Part shown: positions 35,186-44,431 of the stretch, one piece after another | Position numbering within the stretch: the first letter of the stretch is position 1 | Layout of the letters: each line of letters begins with the position of its first letter | The notes under the pieces: model-generated | What the model was told of the DNA's origin: nothing | Seen by the model: only the letters and a program-made list of their open reading frames with translations | Databases searched by the model: none | DNA from: a virus | Length of the DNA stretch: 64,000 bases | Strand: one strand, 5' to 3' | IMG/VR virus record: IMGVR_UViG_3300045988_135453 | Made by a program: the position numbers and the translations under genes

Positions 35186-35195
35186 GGGGGGGGGG
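35186..35195. repeat. G10 homopolymer (C10 on the coding strand) inside a short ORF
   Basis: tttatGGGGGGGGGGatttg. The minus-strand ATG at 35272 opens MEPLFIIRRALLTLCDGSRIMSRIQIPPP, which stops 5 codons after the tract. With C11 the frame runs to 35076 (65 aa) and fills the gap. Confidence 0.8.
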
Positions 35196-35292
35196 ATTTG
35201 TATCCGTGACATGATCCTGCTGCCGTCACAAAGAGTCAGCAGGGCACGACGTATGATAAACAATGGTTCCATGATGTCTGTATTTAAAAATA

Positions 35293-35727
35293 TTAAAATG
35301 TTAAACTTTCTGCTTCCACATCTCCAGGGTGCTCATAGATGTCTATGTCTTGCCACCATCCAACATGTTTTTCCGACACATACTTGTTATCGTTGTAAAG
35401 ATGCCTTCTCATACACACAATGTCGTCGGTAGGAATGAAAGAATGAAAACTTTCAAGTTTGTTTATGTGCATCGGACCGTCAACGGCAAGAGGGCGAAAC
35501 AAGCCGTCGAAACGGTAGCAGAGAGCTTTGTGTTTCTTGTTGTCGGTATGTGACACGAAGACCACATTGAAGCGATTGCACCTATGCAGGGCCGCGAGCC
35601 CATGCAGGTAGTCGAGCCAGCCCGGGGCTTTTGGCAGCCGTCTGCCGTCGGAAAAGGACGGGAAATAGTACCCGAAAAAGTCGCGGCGACAGAAATACCA
35701 TAAAAAGTCGAGATCGTCGTTGGTCAT
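35293..35727 (-). CDS. hypothetical protein (144 aa)
   Basis: ATG ORF, co-oriented. Confidence 0.55.
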   Translation of the reverse strand: MTNDDLDFLWYFCRRDFFGYYFPSFSDGRRLPKAPGWLDYLHGLAALHRCNRFNVVFVSHTDNKKHKALCYRFDGLFRPLAVDGPMHINKLESFHSFIPTDDIVCMRRHLYNDNKYVSEKHVGWWQDIDIYEHPGDVEAESLTF

Positions 35728-35836
35728 CTGAGGGATGCTCTTATAGACGATCTGCTGCCAGACATGCTGGCGCAGATGGGAGCCTCACGCGAAGCCCTCA
35801 ATGGCAAAGAGCAGATCGTGATGGTCAAGCTTCAGT

Positions 35837-36409
35837 CTAATCATCTTCGTCGGTGTTTATCAAGTTGTGCTTTATGTCCTCGTAGAGGGCCATTTCTACT
35901 TTTTTGCCGTCATAATGACCCATGGCAAGCAACTCGTCGCTCTTGGGGTCTGCGTTCTGTGCTGAAGGAGCATGACTCCTGATAATGAATATGTCAAACT
36001 CTTTTATATAGTCAAGCTCCTCAAGAGGGAGCATCCGCATCTCCCGCCTTGCGTGCTGACGGATGCGAGCAATGTCGGCCTTTGTAAGCACGGCAAAATT
36101 CTTCTCTGCCTGACGCACAGCATCGGTCTCAACTTTTATGCGGTAAGCCTCGTAGCCGTCGCTTATCAAACGGGCATTCTGCCACATGGCCGCCTGATCA
36201 AGAAACTTCTGAAAAGCCTCGCGTCCACCTGTCATATTTACGAGGGCCAAAGACTCTTCAATAAGGAAAACCTTGTCTTTTAATCGCCAAGACACAAGGC
36301 CATACTGCTCAAACTTCTTGAAAATTTCGGTTATGGTCACAATGTCGCGCGTCTCTTTTTTAAGGGACGCAGACTTTTTGCTATTTCTGTTTTTTATAAA
36401 GTTCCACAT
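35837..36409 (-). CDS. hypothetical protein (190 aa)
   Basis: ATG ORF, co-oriented. Confidence 0.55.
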   Translation of the reverse strand: MWNFIKNRNSKKSASLKKETRDIVTITEIFKKFEQYGLVSWRLKDKVFLIEESLALVNMTGGREAFQKFLDQAAMWQNARLISDGYEAYRIKVETDAVRQAEKNFAVLTKADIARIRQHARREMRMLPLEELDYIKEFDIFIIRSHAPSAQNADPKSDELLAMGHYDGKKVEMALYEDIKHNLINTDEDD

Positions 36410-36573
36410 AGTATATAATCGTTTTAATTGTTTTTAAAAACACTCTCTATTCTCACAAACCGAGAGCGACTGCATAATTACAACTAAACGACTCTTTTCT
36501 ATTCTCACGAACAAAAACGGTCATGTAATAACGTTGCAAATCCACTTTTTACTTATTTACATTTATAAACTCT

Positions 36574-36885
36574 TTAGTGTGTTATGAATCTTGTGCCGTC
36601 TACGTTTAACACAAGGATGTCGTTAACGACCCTTATCTCACCGCTCTCCACAAACTTCACCTTACGTTGGTGGCGCATGGTGTCAACGGAGAGACAAACA
36701 CAGGTACCCTCGTCCACATGTCCTGTCTTGGTAAGAAATTTGATGTAGAACGACTTGCGCTCTACATTTCTTGCTGTCTGTGGAGGGTCGAAGCCCGTAA
36801 CACGCTTTCCTGTGCGCGGATCGTCCCACTGCCATCGCTCCATGAACATACGGAGCTCTGTATATGAGTGTGTTAACCTATTCAT
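36574..36885 (-). CDS. hypothetical protein (103 aa)
   Basis: ATG ORF, co-oriented. Confidence 0.5.
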   Translation of the reverse strand: MNRLTHSYTELRMFMERWQWDDPRTGKRVTGFDPPQTARNVERKSFYIKFLTKTGHVDEGTCVCLSVDTMRHQRKVKFVESGEIRVVNDILVLNVDGTRFITH

Positions 36886-36900
36886 AGAACAATAGTTTTG

Positions 36901-37536
36901 TTAGTCATGCAAAGGAGGAAACTCCAGATGCAGAAACTTGTCAAGCTCACGGTCTTCCATGCGCTTAATGCCGTGAGAAAACTGCTCCTTGCGATGTCTG
37001 AGAACATCGGGGAAGAGAGCGTTACGAAGGACATTACCCCAGTCTTGCTGCGTAGACGACAGAATGTGACTGGGATAGTATGTCAAGGTGTAACACATCA
37101 GACGAACGTCAAGTCTCGGGCGGTCAAGCATCAGGCCTGTGAGGACGAGTGCTCTGTCTTTGTTGTAAAGCACCATGTGCGAGGCCATCTCACCAGCATC
37201 GTCGCTGCGTACATATAACATGCGGTCTTTGTACTCGCTAAGATATTTCTCTAACAGTCGGTCACATGAGTGATAAGTGGAAAGCACCATGTGTGTAATC
37301 CATTTTCTCTCAAAACACAACTGAAGAAACAGGGCCACGTCGTTGGTCACAAGAGGCATGGACAGCACCATGACGTGAGCATCTACGACAATGTGGCTGA
37401 TAGCCCTATAAAAGCGCTCAAAGGTTACGTCGCCATGCGTGTAAAACGTAAGCACACGCGATGGGGCTTGCATGACGGCTCTCGGCAGCTTACTGTCTAC
37501 ACAGCAAGGCGGGATAAACAGAAGGGTATCGTCCAT
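36901..37536 (-). CDS. hypothetical protein (211 aa)
   Basis: ATG ORF. ...NDVALFLQLCFERKW... could be a D...ExK nuclease-like motif, but this is not supported further. Confidence 0.55.
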   Translation of the reverse strand: MDDTLLFIPPCCVDSKLPRAVMQAPSRVLTFYTHGDVTFERFYRAISHIVVDAHVMVLSMPLVTNDVALFLQLCFERKWITHMVLSTYHSCDRLLEKYLSEYKDRMLYVRSDDAGEMASHMVLYNKDRALVLTGLMLDRPRLDVRLMCYTLTYYPSHILSSTQQDWGNVLRNALFPDVLRHRKEQFSHGIKRMEDRELDKFLHLEFPPLHD

Positions 37537-37570
37537 ATTTTTATTTTTTTATTTTTGAATGTTGAATTGA

Positions 37571-38746
37571 TTAGTCATTGATCAACATCGGCATACACAA
37601 TGTCATGATGCAGGACGCGGGATCATCGGCTGTAATGACCATTGCCCGGGTTGGGTCAGACACGGCTATGCGCACCGTGTCTGACGGGATAGTCTGTAAG
37701 CAATTGCAAATTTCGTTCGTCGCAGTGCCAATACAAAAATTGTCGGGACAGTCATCCGACAACAAGGGCACCTGGTCTTCGGCGGCTCTTGCAAAATCGG
37801 TATCTTGGGCTGAGAGGTTCAAGAACGCACCCTTCTTTTTTATGATCACAAGGTTCGATTCGCTACTTGCGAAGACACCGACACGTCTTATAGTGTTTAC
37901 AAGTTCTTTCTTGTCAACAACGCAGAAGTAAGGGTTTTTCGCCGGAATTACTGCTGTGTAGGAGGGATAGCGGCCTTCTGCGCAACGACAACGAATCTCC
38001 ATACCATCTGACGTAAAGACCATTATGTTGCCATCCGTTGAAATGTCCACGGTACCATCTTCGCCTAAAACGGACAATACCTTGAAATAACATAAGCTGA
38101 TAAGCAAGGGGCGAGGCTCTCCCCCGCGGTAAAAGTCGTTGCCACCGTGGGCAGGATCATTGGAGTGGCTGCACTTGAACAGGATATGGCCGTTAGTTCC
38201 GACAAAATTGATGCGTGAGCGGTCTTCGGACACATCAAGAAGCAGACACGCCATGACAGGACGAAGCTCGTTCTCAACGGTGAAACGCGAAGCATCGGTA
38301 ACGACCGACTGAAAGAGCGAAAGAGACAAAGACAGGCGCATTGTCTTCTCTTCGTCAAGATCTGTCATATTGGGATATTCGGCACCATCAAAACAAGGAA
38401 TGTCGCACTTTCCTGTACGAGTCTCGTCTGTACTATATTCCATTGTCAGACTCTTCTTGTCGTTAAACGTAAACGTGACAACACAATCGGACAAAGAAGA
38501 CAGAAGCGAAACAATCTCCTTGTAAGGAATACACACAGGACCCTCATATTTACCTCCGACAAGAGTCAAGGGTGCAGGGAGAGAAAGACGCGACTCGCCC
38601 GTTGACGACACGAAAAAGAAACGGTCGTCTTTCTGTGTTATCAGCACATTGCCAAGGATGGCTATCGTGTTTCTTGAACTTATACATTTTATAGACTTGT
38701 TGAGCGCCGCATAAAGAGCACGTGAAGATTGAGCTTGAAGTTTCAT
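37571..38746 (-). CDS. dnaN: DNA polymerase III beta sliding clamp homologue
   Basis: 391 aa. ILGNVLI, GTNGHILF, EGRYPSYTAVIP and the C-terminal LCMPMLI align with E. coli beta blocks ILGNLLL, ATDGHRLA, DGRFPDYRRVLP and VVMPMRL. Confidence 0.85.
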   Translation of the reverse strand: MKLQAQSSRALYAALNKSIKCISSRNTIAILGNVLITQKDDRFFFVSSTGESRLSLPAPLTLVGGKYEGPVCIPYKEIVSLLSSLSDCVVTFTFNDKKSLTMEYSTDETRTGKCDIPCFDGAEYPNMTDLDEEKTMRLSLSLSLFQSVVTDASRFTVENELRPVMACLLLDVSEDRSRINFVGTNGHILFKCSHSNDPAHGGNDFYRGGEPRPLLISLCYFKVLSVLGEDGTVDISTDGNIMVFTSDGMEIRCRCAEGRYPSYTAVIPAKNPYFCVVDKKELVNTIRRVGVFASSESNLVIIKKKGAFLNLSAQDTDFARAAEDQVPLLSDDCPDNFCIGTATNEICNCLQTIPSDTVRIAVSDPTRAMVITADDPASCIMTLCMPMLIND

Positions 38747-38899
38747 ATTTTTGAGTTTTGAATTATGAATTATGCGCGTCGCACATTTTGAGTTGTCGAG
38801 TTTTGAATTTTGAGTTTGTTTATCATCTTAATTCAAAAATGAATAATTCAAAATGCGCTTGCGCATAATTCAAAACTCAAAACTCAAAACTCCTAATTC
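38747..38899. repeat. palindromic TTTTGA(G/A)T-octamer / hairpin element, complete copy C (between the ssb-like gene and dnaN)
   Basis: The + strand left half carries TTTTGAGTTTTGAATTATGAATT and the hairpin ATGCGCGTCGCACAT (38772-38786). The right half carries AATTCAAAA... and the hairpin ATGCGCTTGCGCAT (38853-38866), then ...AATTCAAAACTCAAAACTCAAAACTCCTAATTC. The two halves are inverted copies of each other. Confidence 0.85.
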
Positions 38900-39505
38900 T
38901 TAAAACGGCAGGTCGCCTACGTCGGCATCGGTAAAGCCAGCGAGCGGATCGGTGCCCTCGGCTGGTGCCACATATCCGGTGGCTGCTCCTGCTACGCCTA
39001 CATTCGGTGTGGCGTATGGTGAAGGCTGCTGTGTAGGCTGTGGCTGGTAGAGCATAGCCAGGCGCTTGTTCATGCGCTGACGGATAGCCTTGAAGAGGTG
39101 GGTGTTCTCATCGGTGGGGTCTTGGCCCATAATCTCGGGGTCGCGTTCTTTGTTGGCTTCCTTCACTTGCTCTACGAGCTTCGGGAATTTCTGCGCTACC
39201 GACTTGATGTAGCCAACCGAGAAAGACATCTGCATCTCGTGCGTCGGTACGGAAACATTGGCATTGCCACGTTCCTGGGCTGAACGACGCACTACATTCT
39301 TATAATTCTCACTCAGAGGCCAGATGTTAACACGCATCTTTGCCACCATACGGTTGGGGTCTTGCGGATGACGCTCCAACTTGATTTCGTTTACATCCAA
39401 AGGAGTGCAAATGTACACTCTCTCGGGATTGTCATTGTCAATGCCCTTTAACACCTTTACACCGTTAGGTGCAAGATAGTCAATGTTGCCGCTGTAACTT
39501 GCCAT
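38900..39505 (-). CDS. putative ssDNA-binding protein (SSB-type acidic C-terminal tip ...DADVGDLPF)
   Basis: 201 aa. Low-complexity P/Q/A/G linker (QPQPTQQPSPYATPNVGVAGAATGYVAPAEG) followed by an acidic tail ending DLPF, as in bacterial SSB (DDDIPF). Sits between the clamp and helicase genes. The N-terminal domain was not recognised as a classical OB SSB. Confidence 0.45.
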   Translation of the reverse strand: MASYSGNIDYLAPNGVKVLKGIDNDNPERVYICTPLDVNEIKLERHPQDPNRMVAKMRVNIWPLSENYKNVVRRSAQERGNANVSVPTHEMQMSFSVGYIKSVAQKFPKLVEQVKEANKERDPEIMGQDPTDENTHLFKAIRQRMNKRLAMLYQPQPTQQPSPYATPNVGVAGAATGYVAPAEGTDPLAGFTDADVGDLPF

Positions 39506-39558
39506 TTCGTTTATTGTTTTAATTATTTATGTTTATTACTAACCATCAAAGCATTGCT

Positions 39559-40401
39559 TTACTCTTCTACCGGAAGCTTTTTTCGCTCATCCTTGATATA
39601 CTCATTGCAGTACTCAGCAGGGACATAAGTATGCGCATAGAACTGTGTGGCCCCTACAATGCGCAAGGTCTCCCGGTCGTTCAATACGGTTTTAAATTTG
39701 TGCTTGAGATAGCCAAAGACGATGTTTTTAGCTGTCACCACATCGTATGCCCACACAACAAACATTTCGTTTTTATGAACTCCACAATGAGATCGGTCAT
39801 TGGGGATATAGATTTCAGCATCTATAAAGTTAGCCTTCACCTTGAACGGCTCTTTTACAAGTGCATCGGGATCCTTTTTCAGCTGTTCTTCTTCCTCCTC
39901 AATGTCGGCACTTGTACGACCAATGAAATGGAACTTGCCGATGATTTCCGACTTGGTGATATACACATAGTTTGCTTCTTTAGAATTAAAGATCTTGTTT
40001 ACCGCTCCCTCGGCATAGTCAATGGCGCAATCTTGTGCTCCACGCAGAGAGTCGCTACGCACGATAAGCACGGCATTCTCGTTGTTGCTGCTACGAACAG
40101 TAACTTTTACATGAACGAGACGAGAAAAATACTGTTCCTCTTCCGCACGGAAAGGACAGTCAGAGATTTCAACCTCATTAACGCCTTGCTTTTTAAGTCC
40201 GTTAGCCAACTTGTCGGTGATAAGTTTTCCTCGCTCCAGCAACACCTCGCAACGGTCTATTTTTACCGTTTCTTTTGTGCTTTCATCGACGAACTCTTCG
40301 GTCCATGTGCGAGCGGCCATCTTTGTTAAATAATGGCCAACCGCTTCTTCAACAGGCACTACTCTTGTCTTGTAGTCCTTTCGTAAAATTATCTTTTCCA
40401 T
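39559..40401 (-). CDS. hypothetical protein in the replication module (280 aa)
   Basis: ATG ORF. The antisense ORF 39529..40329 is judged a shadow. Confidence 0.6.
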   Translation of the reverse strand: MEKIILRKDYKTRVVPVEEAVGHYLTKMAARTWTEEFVDESTKETVKIDRCEVLLERGKLITDKLANGLKKQGVNEVEISDCPFRAEEEQYFSRLVHVKVTVRSSNNENAVLIVRSDSLRGAQDCAIDYAEGAVNKIFNSKEANYVYITKSEIIGKFHFIGRTSADIEEEEEQLKKDPDALVKEPFKVKANFIDAEIYIPNDRSHCGVHKNEMFVVWAYDVVTAKNIVFGYLKHKFKTVLNDRETLRIVGATQFYAHTYVPAEYCNEYIKDERKKLPVEE

Positions 40402-40443
40402 AATCTATAATGAATTAAAATGTTACATTCTTGTTTTTGATTC

Positions 40444-43400
40444 TCAGAACGGCATATTCTCCTCATCCTTTATATCTGGAACACTTGCCGCTGTGCTATT
40501 TGTTGCCACAAATGGAGCCATTCGCCTACCCTGTTTGCGCGTCTTGTTGTTCTCCCAGCGCTCCTTTTCTTCATCGGTGAGCTGTATGATATTACCGTCA
40601 TCATCGCGGTATGGCAGCGGGTCGGGCTGCTCGGCATATTGCTTAGCTATACGCTTGAGCTCTCGGTAGTCCTTCGGTATTACGTCCTTGCCAGGACGGT
40701 AGAAGAAGAAAACGTGCTTCGACGTTTGCAAGTAGCGGATGAACTTTGGCTCGATGGTATTGTCGTTTTCCCACTCGCGTCCGGTGAAGTATTCCTGCGT
40801 AACCCATGCCTGTAGCTTGAAACATTTGCGCTGTTTGTCGCTCTCGTTCTCGAAGAGGTGCTTCGGGTTGCACGTTATCGACATATTCTCGCAATAGTCG
40901 TATATCTTCTTCTTGAAGGTAGCACGGCTATACTCTTTACTCTTACCCTCGGAAGCATCTGCCCAATCACGCATAAACTCGTTGAACATATCGTCCGTAC
41001 ATATCGGCACTCCGTAGACCTCGTTACGAGAGAAGAACCACTCGAAATAGCGCACGATGCTCTCGGTGAGCTTCTGCACCATCTGGCGGCGACGCACATT
41101 GCCTTGCGGTGCAATGGCAAAGGTATGGTAACGCATCAGGAACTGCACTGCAAGGGCGCAAATGTAAATGGCTTGGTTACGGTCAGTGTCGTCAATTTCC
41201 TCCGGCTTATCACTGAAGTTCTTCATCAATGCCGACATCAGACGTGCTGCCTTACGCTTCTGCGGATTGGCTCGGGCAAAACGATTCGAGAAGCTGACGA
41301 GAGGGAAACGTCCTACGGTCGAATCATCATCATCGGACAGCGGATAGTTGCAGGTGATGACGTGTTTAGGGGCATCTTTTAGTGGGACAAGTTCCTGGTC
41401 TACGCTCTTCTTTTCTACCGTCAGTCCTGTAGTAACCATATTATAAAAATACTTCATTGGGAATCCTTTTTGCTTATCCTCCCAGTGTAGAACCCTATAC
41501 TTGAACGGCTCGCTGAGTAGATTGCCCAGCACAAACCTTGCATCGTTAATATGCTCCATACGCTTCATGTCAATGTCGAGCACGTTCACAGCACTGCCAA
41601 CTACCAGTTTCACGATGATAGACTTGCCCGAACCACCAGTAGCCTGTTTCTCGTCGGGAATGTCATCTTCAAGGAAATACGGACAGACTGGCATCATACC
41701 CTTGTCGGAACGATAACACAAACGTCCAATGCCTGAAATCATATTGACGAAATGAGCACCGATAACGGCTTTTTCCAATTCCGTCAATTCTTCTTTGTTG
41801 CGCTGCGCTTCCTGCTCTCGTTCCCAAAGAACATTGGAGCATCCTCGCACGATACGCAAAATGGGCCAAAGATCTTTTTCTTGCTTCCCCTGCCAATTGA
41901 CATCCCAACGGTAGGTTTGCGCCCATTCTTCAAGGTCGGCTTTCATCTGCCCTATCTCGAATGTAGAGAACACCAAAGACCCGTCCTCATTTTGCATCTT
42001 CTCCTTCTTGTCTATCGCTTCCAGTCGATCGCGGTATTCCTGTCGCTCAGTTATGGTGAAAGGTGTCTTAAACGCTCGCATCGTGAAGTCAAACGGCTTC
42101 TTGGCAAGCGAGGGGATGAAGAAGTTGATGTCGTCATAAGACACCGTGCGGATGCTGTCGGGCGTTATCTTCAATGCAACATTATTGAAGTAGAAATACT
42201 CAGTCTTTGCATCAAACGCATCGGCAAAATTTATCACCATGCTCTGTAAACCTCCGGCAGACTTTTCCGTAAAGGCCTTGTCCACCATATTAGCACAGTC
42301 GGACATCAAGCGTCTCTCTGGGTCGCTATATCGCCATGCCTGTTTTGTATATTTCAACAGTAATGTCTTTGCTGCCTGGATAATGCTCTTTACGTCAATA
42401 TACTCCACGAAGCATTTGTTCAGGTGGATATATTGACCAACAAGGTCGGTGCTCTCGGGGTCTATCATGCGGTAATATCCGCGTGCCGTCATAAAGAGCC
42501 ACAATCGCGTAGGCGACACCTTGCAGGTAGGTGGCTTTAGCTTGCCGCTTCTGGGATCACGCGGCCATTCTATATCAAACGGCTCTGTGTTGCTCGCTCC
42601 ACGCAAACTGGAGTAAAGCGGTAGACGGACATCATGGTCGAACTGGAAGTTCTCTTCTGCGTTCATGGTGTACGCCAGCAGATAGTCGCGCACGCTTCGG
42701 GGAGAGCAGCCATATAGCCACTGCCAGCGTCGGCAATAACGTGACCGGAACCCTTCAGGTAACATGGCATAGTACAATGAGCTGAACTTGGTGCATATAG
42801 CTCCGCAGTCGCGCTGTGAGACAATATCGTTGGGGTATAGGATGATGACGTGCTCGGCAAAGCGGTTCATTTTCTGAAATTGAACACCGCTAAAGTCAAG
42901 ATTCTCACGTTTCCACTCGCCATGCTCTATATACCAAAAGTTTCTCCGTCCAATGGAGAAAGCGACATGATACCAACAGAAATCTTGGAAATGCTGGTCT
43001 TCTATCTTGTCAAGGCGCAAGGAACGCATTGCATAATACACGCTCAATGCGTCTTCGGGTGTGCGGCAAAAAACGATGTTGCGAGCCTTTATCTCGGCAG
43101 TGGGTATCTTCTTCTTTTCTTGCTTGAACGTACCCTTGCCCACACCATCCTTGTCTTCACGTTCCACCCATATTTCCTTCTGCTCGGTGTATTTCTCTTC
43201 AGGGTCGTACTTAGCGATGGCAGCATGTACGGCTGTGTTGTCGCTCTTGCGCTGATCCATTGCATATACGAACACGTTGTCACCCATGAGCCACTTGCTC
43301 ACCTTCCTCACGCTGTGCTCCTCGGCGGTAGAGAACACTATCGGCTCGCTCCCAGCCATTGCCGGACGGAAGAAACATCCGTATGAGTTTTGCGGACCTA

Positions 43401-44172
43401 TCTCCTGCGAGGCAAAGCACACGAAAAGCGGATTCCAGGGTGTGCCGTGGATAATCTCGCTAACATGCTGACCGTCGCGTATCACATCAGGCAGCGTCAC
43501 GCTCAGAAGGGAATAGATACGGAAGTCCTTGTTAAGCATGTCGGGCGTAAACGTACTGCCAAAGCCGAAACGAGGCAGCCCCCTGTCAAGCGTCACCTCA
43601 CAGCCTAGGGCTGCAAGCTCTTGTGGAGAGAAGTCGGTCTTCGGCATAAATGAGAATGTCTCGATGGTCTGCTGTGCCTGAGTACGATAGTCCATCTTGG
43701 CAAACACCTCTGGGAAGGCACGGCGCACTTCGTCGGTATCGCCATACACATCCTTTACGAGTCTTTGGCAGATACACTGAAGACTATATCCGTGCATCGG
43801 AAGATTCATCTTGGCTGCGTACAGCTCGAGGGCTCCGTAGCCGGTCTTGCCCGTGCGGGTGCATTTCCACTTTACGGCATCATGCTCTGCCATTCGGTTG
43901 TCATCAACGCCCACGCCCGAATACAGTCCACCTCGCTCATTTTCATAGATAATGAAGTGGGGTGTCTGCTTGACATCGGCATCCGCGTCCTGTCCCTTCT
44001 TGCAGATAGGACAGAAACACGCGGTCTGACCCTCGATGCGCTGCTCGTTGGCAGACTTCACGAGAAGATGCAGGTCGATGTTAGCGAGACGATTTATTAT
44101 CGGGTGATAGAACATGATTGCAGTCGTTGTTTTAAAAGGATAGCCGGTGATTTGCCAAACGTTTTTCGACAT
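40444..44172 (-). CDS. primase-helicase-like P-loop NTPase (1242 aa)
   Basis: N-terminal Cys/His cluster CFCPICKKGQ...KQTPHFIIY (DnaG zinc-ribbon-like CPxC...TPxF). Walker A ATGGSGKS around aa 830 with a downstream HWED Walker-B-like motif. Acidic C-terminal tail ...DIKDEENMPF. Confidence 0.6.
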   Translation of the reverse strand: MSKNVWQITGYPFKTTTAIMFYHPIINRLANIDLHLLVKSANEQRIEGQTACFCPICKKGQDADADVKQTPHFIIYENERGGLYSGVGVDDNRMAEHDAVKWKCTRTGKTGYGALELYAAKMNLPMHGYSLQCICQRLVKDVYGDTDEVRRAFPEVFAKMDYRTQAQQTIETFSFMPKTDFSPQELAALGCEVTLDRGLPRFGFGSTFTPDMLNKDFRIYSLLSVTLPDVIRDGQHVSEIIHGTPWNPLFVCFASQEIGPQNSYGCFFRPAMAGSEPIVFSTAEEHSVRKVSKWLMGDNVFVYAMDQRKSDNTAVHAAIAKYDPEEKYTEQKEIWVEREDKDGVGKGTFKQEKKKIPTAEIKARNIVFCRTPEDALSVYYAMRSLRLDKIEDQHFQDFCWYHVAFSIGRRNFWYIEHGEWKRENLDFSGVQFQKMNRFAEHVIILYPNDIVSQRDCGAICTKFSSLYYAMLPEGFRSRYCRRWQWLYGCSPRSVRDYLLAYTMNAEENFQFDHDVRLPLYSSLRGASNTEPFDIEWPRDPRSGKLKPPTCKVSPTRLWLFMTARGYYRMIDPESTDLVGQYIHLNKCFVEYIDVKSIIQAAKTLLLKYTKQAWRYSDPERRLMSDCANMVDKAFTEKSAGGLQSMVINFADAFDAKTEYFYFNNVALKITPDSIRTVSYDDINFFIPSLAKKPFDFTMRAFKTPFTITERQEYRDRLEAIDKKEKMQNEDGSLVFSTFEIGQMKADLEEWAQTYRWDVNWQGKQEKDLWPILRIVRGCSNVLWEREQEAQRNKEELTELEKAVIGAHFVNMISGIGRLCYRSDKGMMPVCPYFLEDDIPDEKQATGGSGKSIIVKLVVGSAVNVLDIDMKRMEHINDARFVLGNLLSEPFKYRVLHWEDKQKGFPMKYFYNMVTTGLTVEKKSVDQELVPLKDAPKHVITCNYPLSDDDDSTVGRFPLVSFSNRFARANPQKRKAARLMSALMKNFSDKPEEIDDTDRNQAIYICALAVQFLMRYHTFAIAPQGNVRRRQMVQKLTESIVRYFEWFFSRNEVYGVPICTDDMFNEFMRDWADASEGKSKEYSRATFKKKIYDYCENMSITCNPKHLFENESDKQRKCFKLQAWVTQEYFTGREWENDNTIEPKFIRYLQTSKHVFFFYRPGKDVIPKDYRELKRIAKQYAEQPDPLPYRDDDGNIIQLTDEEKERWENNKTRKQGRRMAPFVATNSTAASVPDIKDEENMPF

Positions 44173-44317
44173 CGCAGGTGTTCTCAGGCTTTTACATCCA
44201 CACCTTGCAGCCTACTTATAGGAGGACGTTGCCGCTACCTCTGTCACCATACTACCCTTTATATTTTACATTTGTTTACAACTGTCTTTGCAACAATTGT
44301 CGTTGAAATCTTTAGAG

Positions 44318-44404
44318 AAAGGACAGCCGACGAGCATCGCTCTAAGAAGGGCGACGGGTCCCCTACGATTTTTAATCAGCTACCTTCACGTCGTACTGTC
44401 CTTT
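44318..44404. other. long-range stem-loop in the 260-nt gap upstream of the primase-helicase gene
   Basis: AAAGGACAG-c-CGACG (44318-44332) pairs with CGTCG-ta-CTGTCCTTT (44389-44404), giving 9+5 bp that enclose about 56 nt. Confidence 0.45.
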
Positions 44405-44431
44405 ATGTCGTTACATTTTCGAGACCTTCTT

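Noticed and set aside
39529-40329. 266-aa plus-strand ORF
   Set aside because: It is antisense to the co-oriented gene 39559..40401, has a Leu/Phe/Cys-rich low-complexity translation, and has no plus-strand context.
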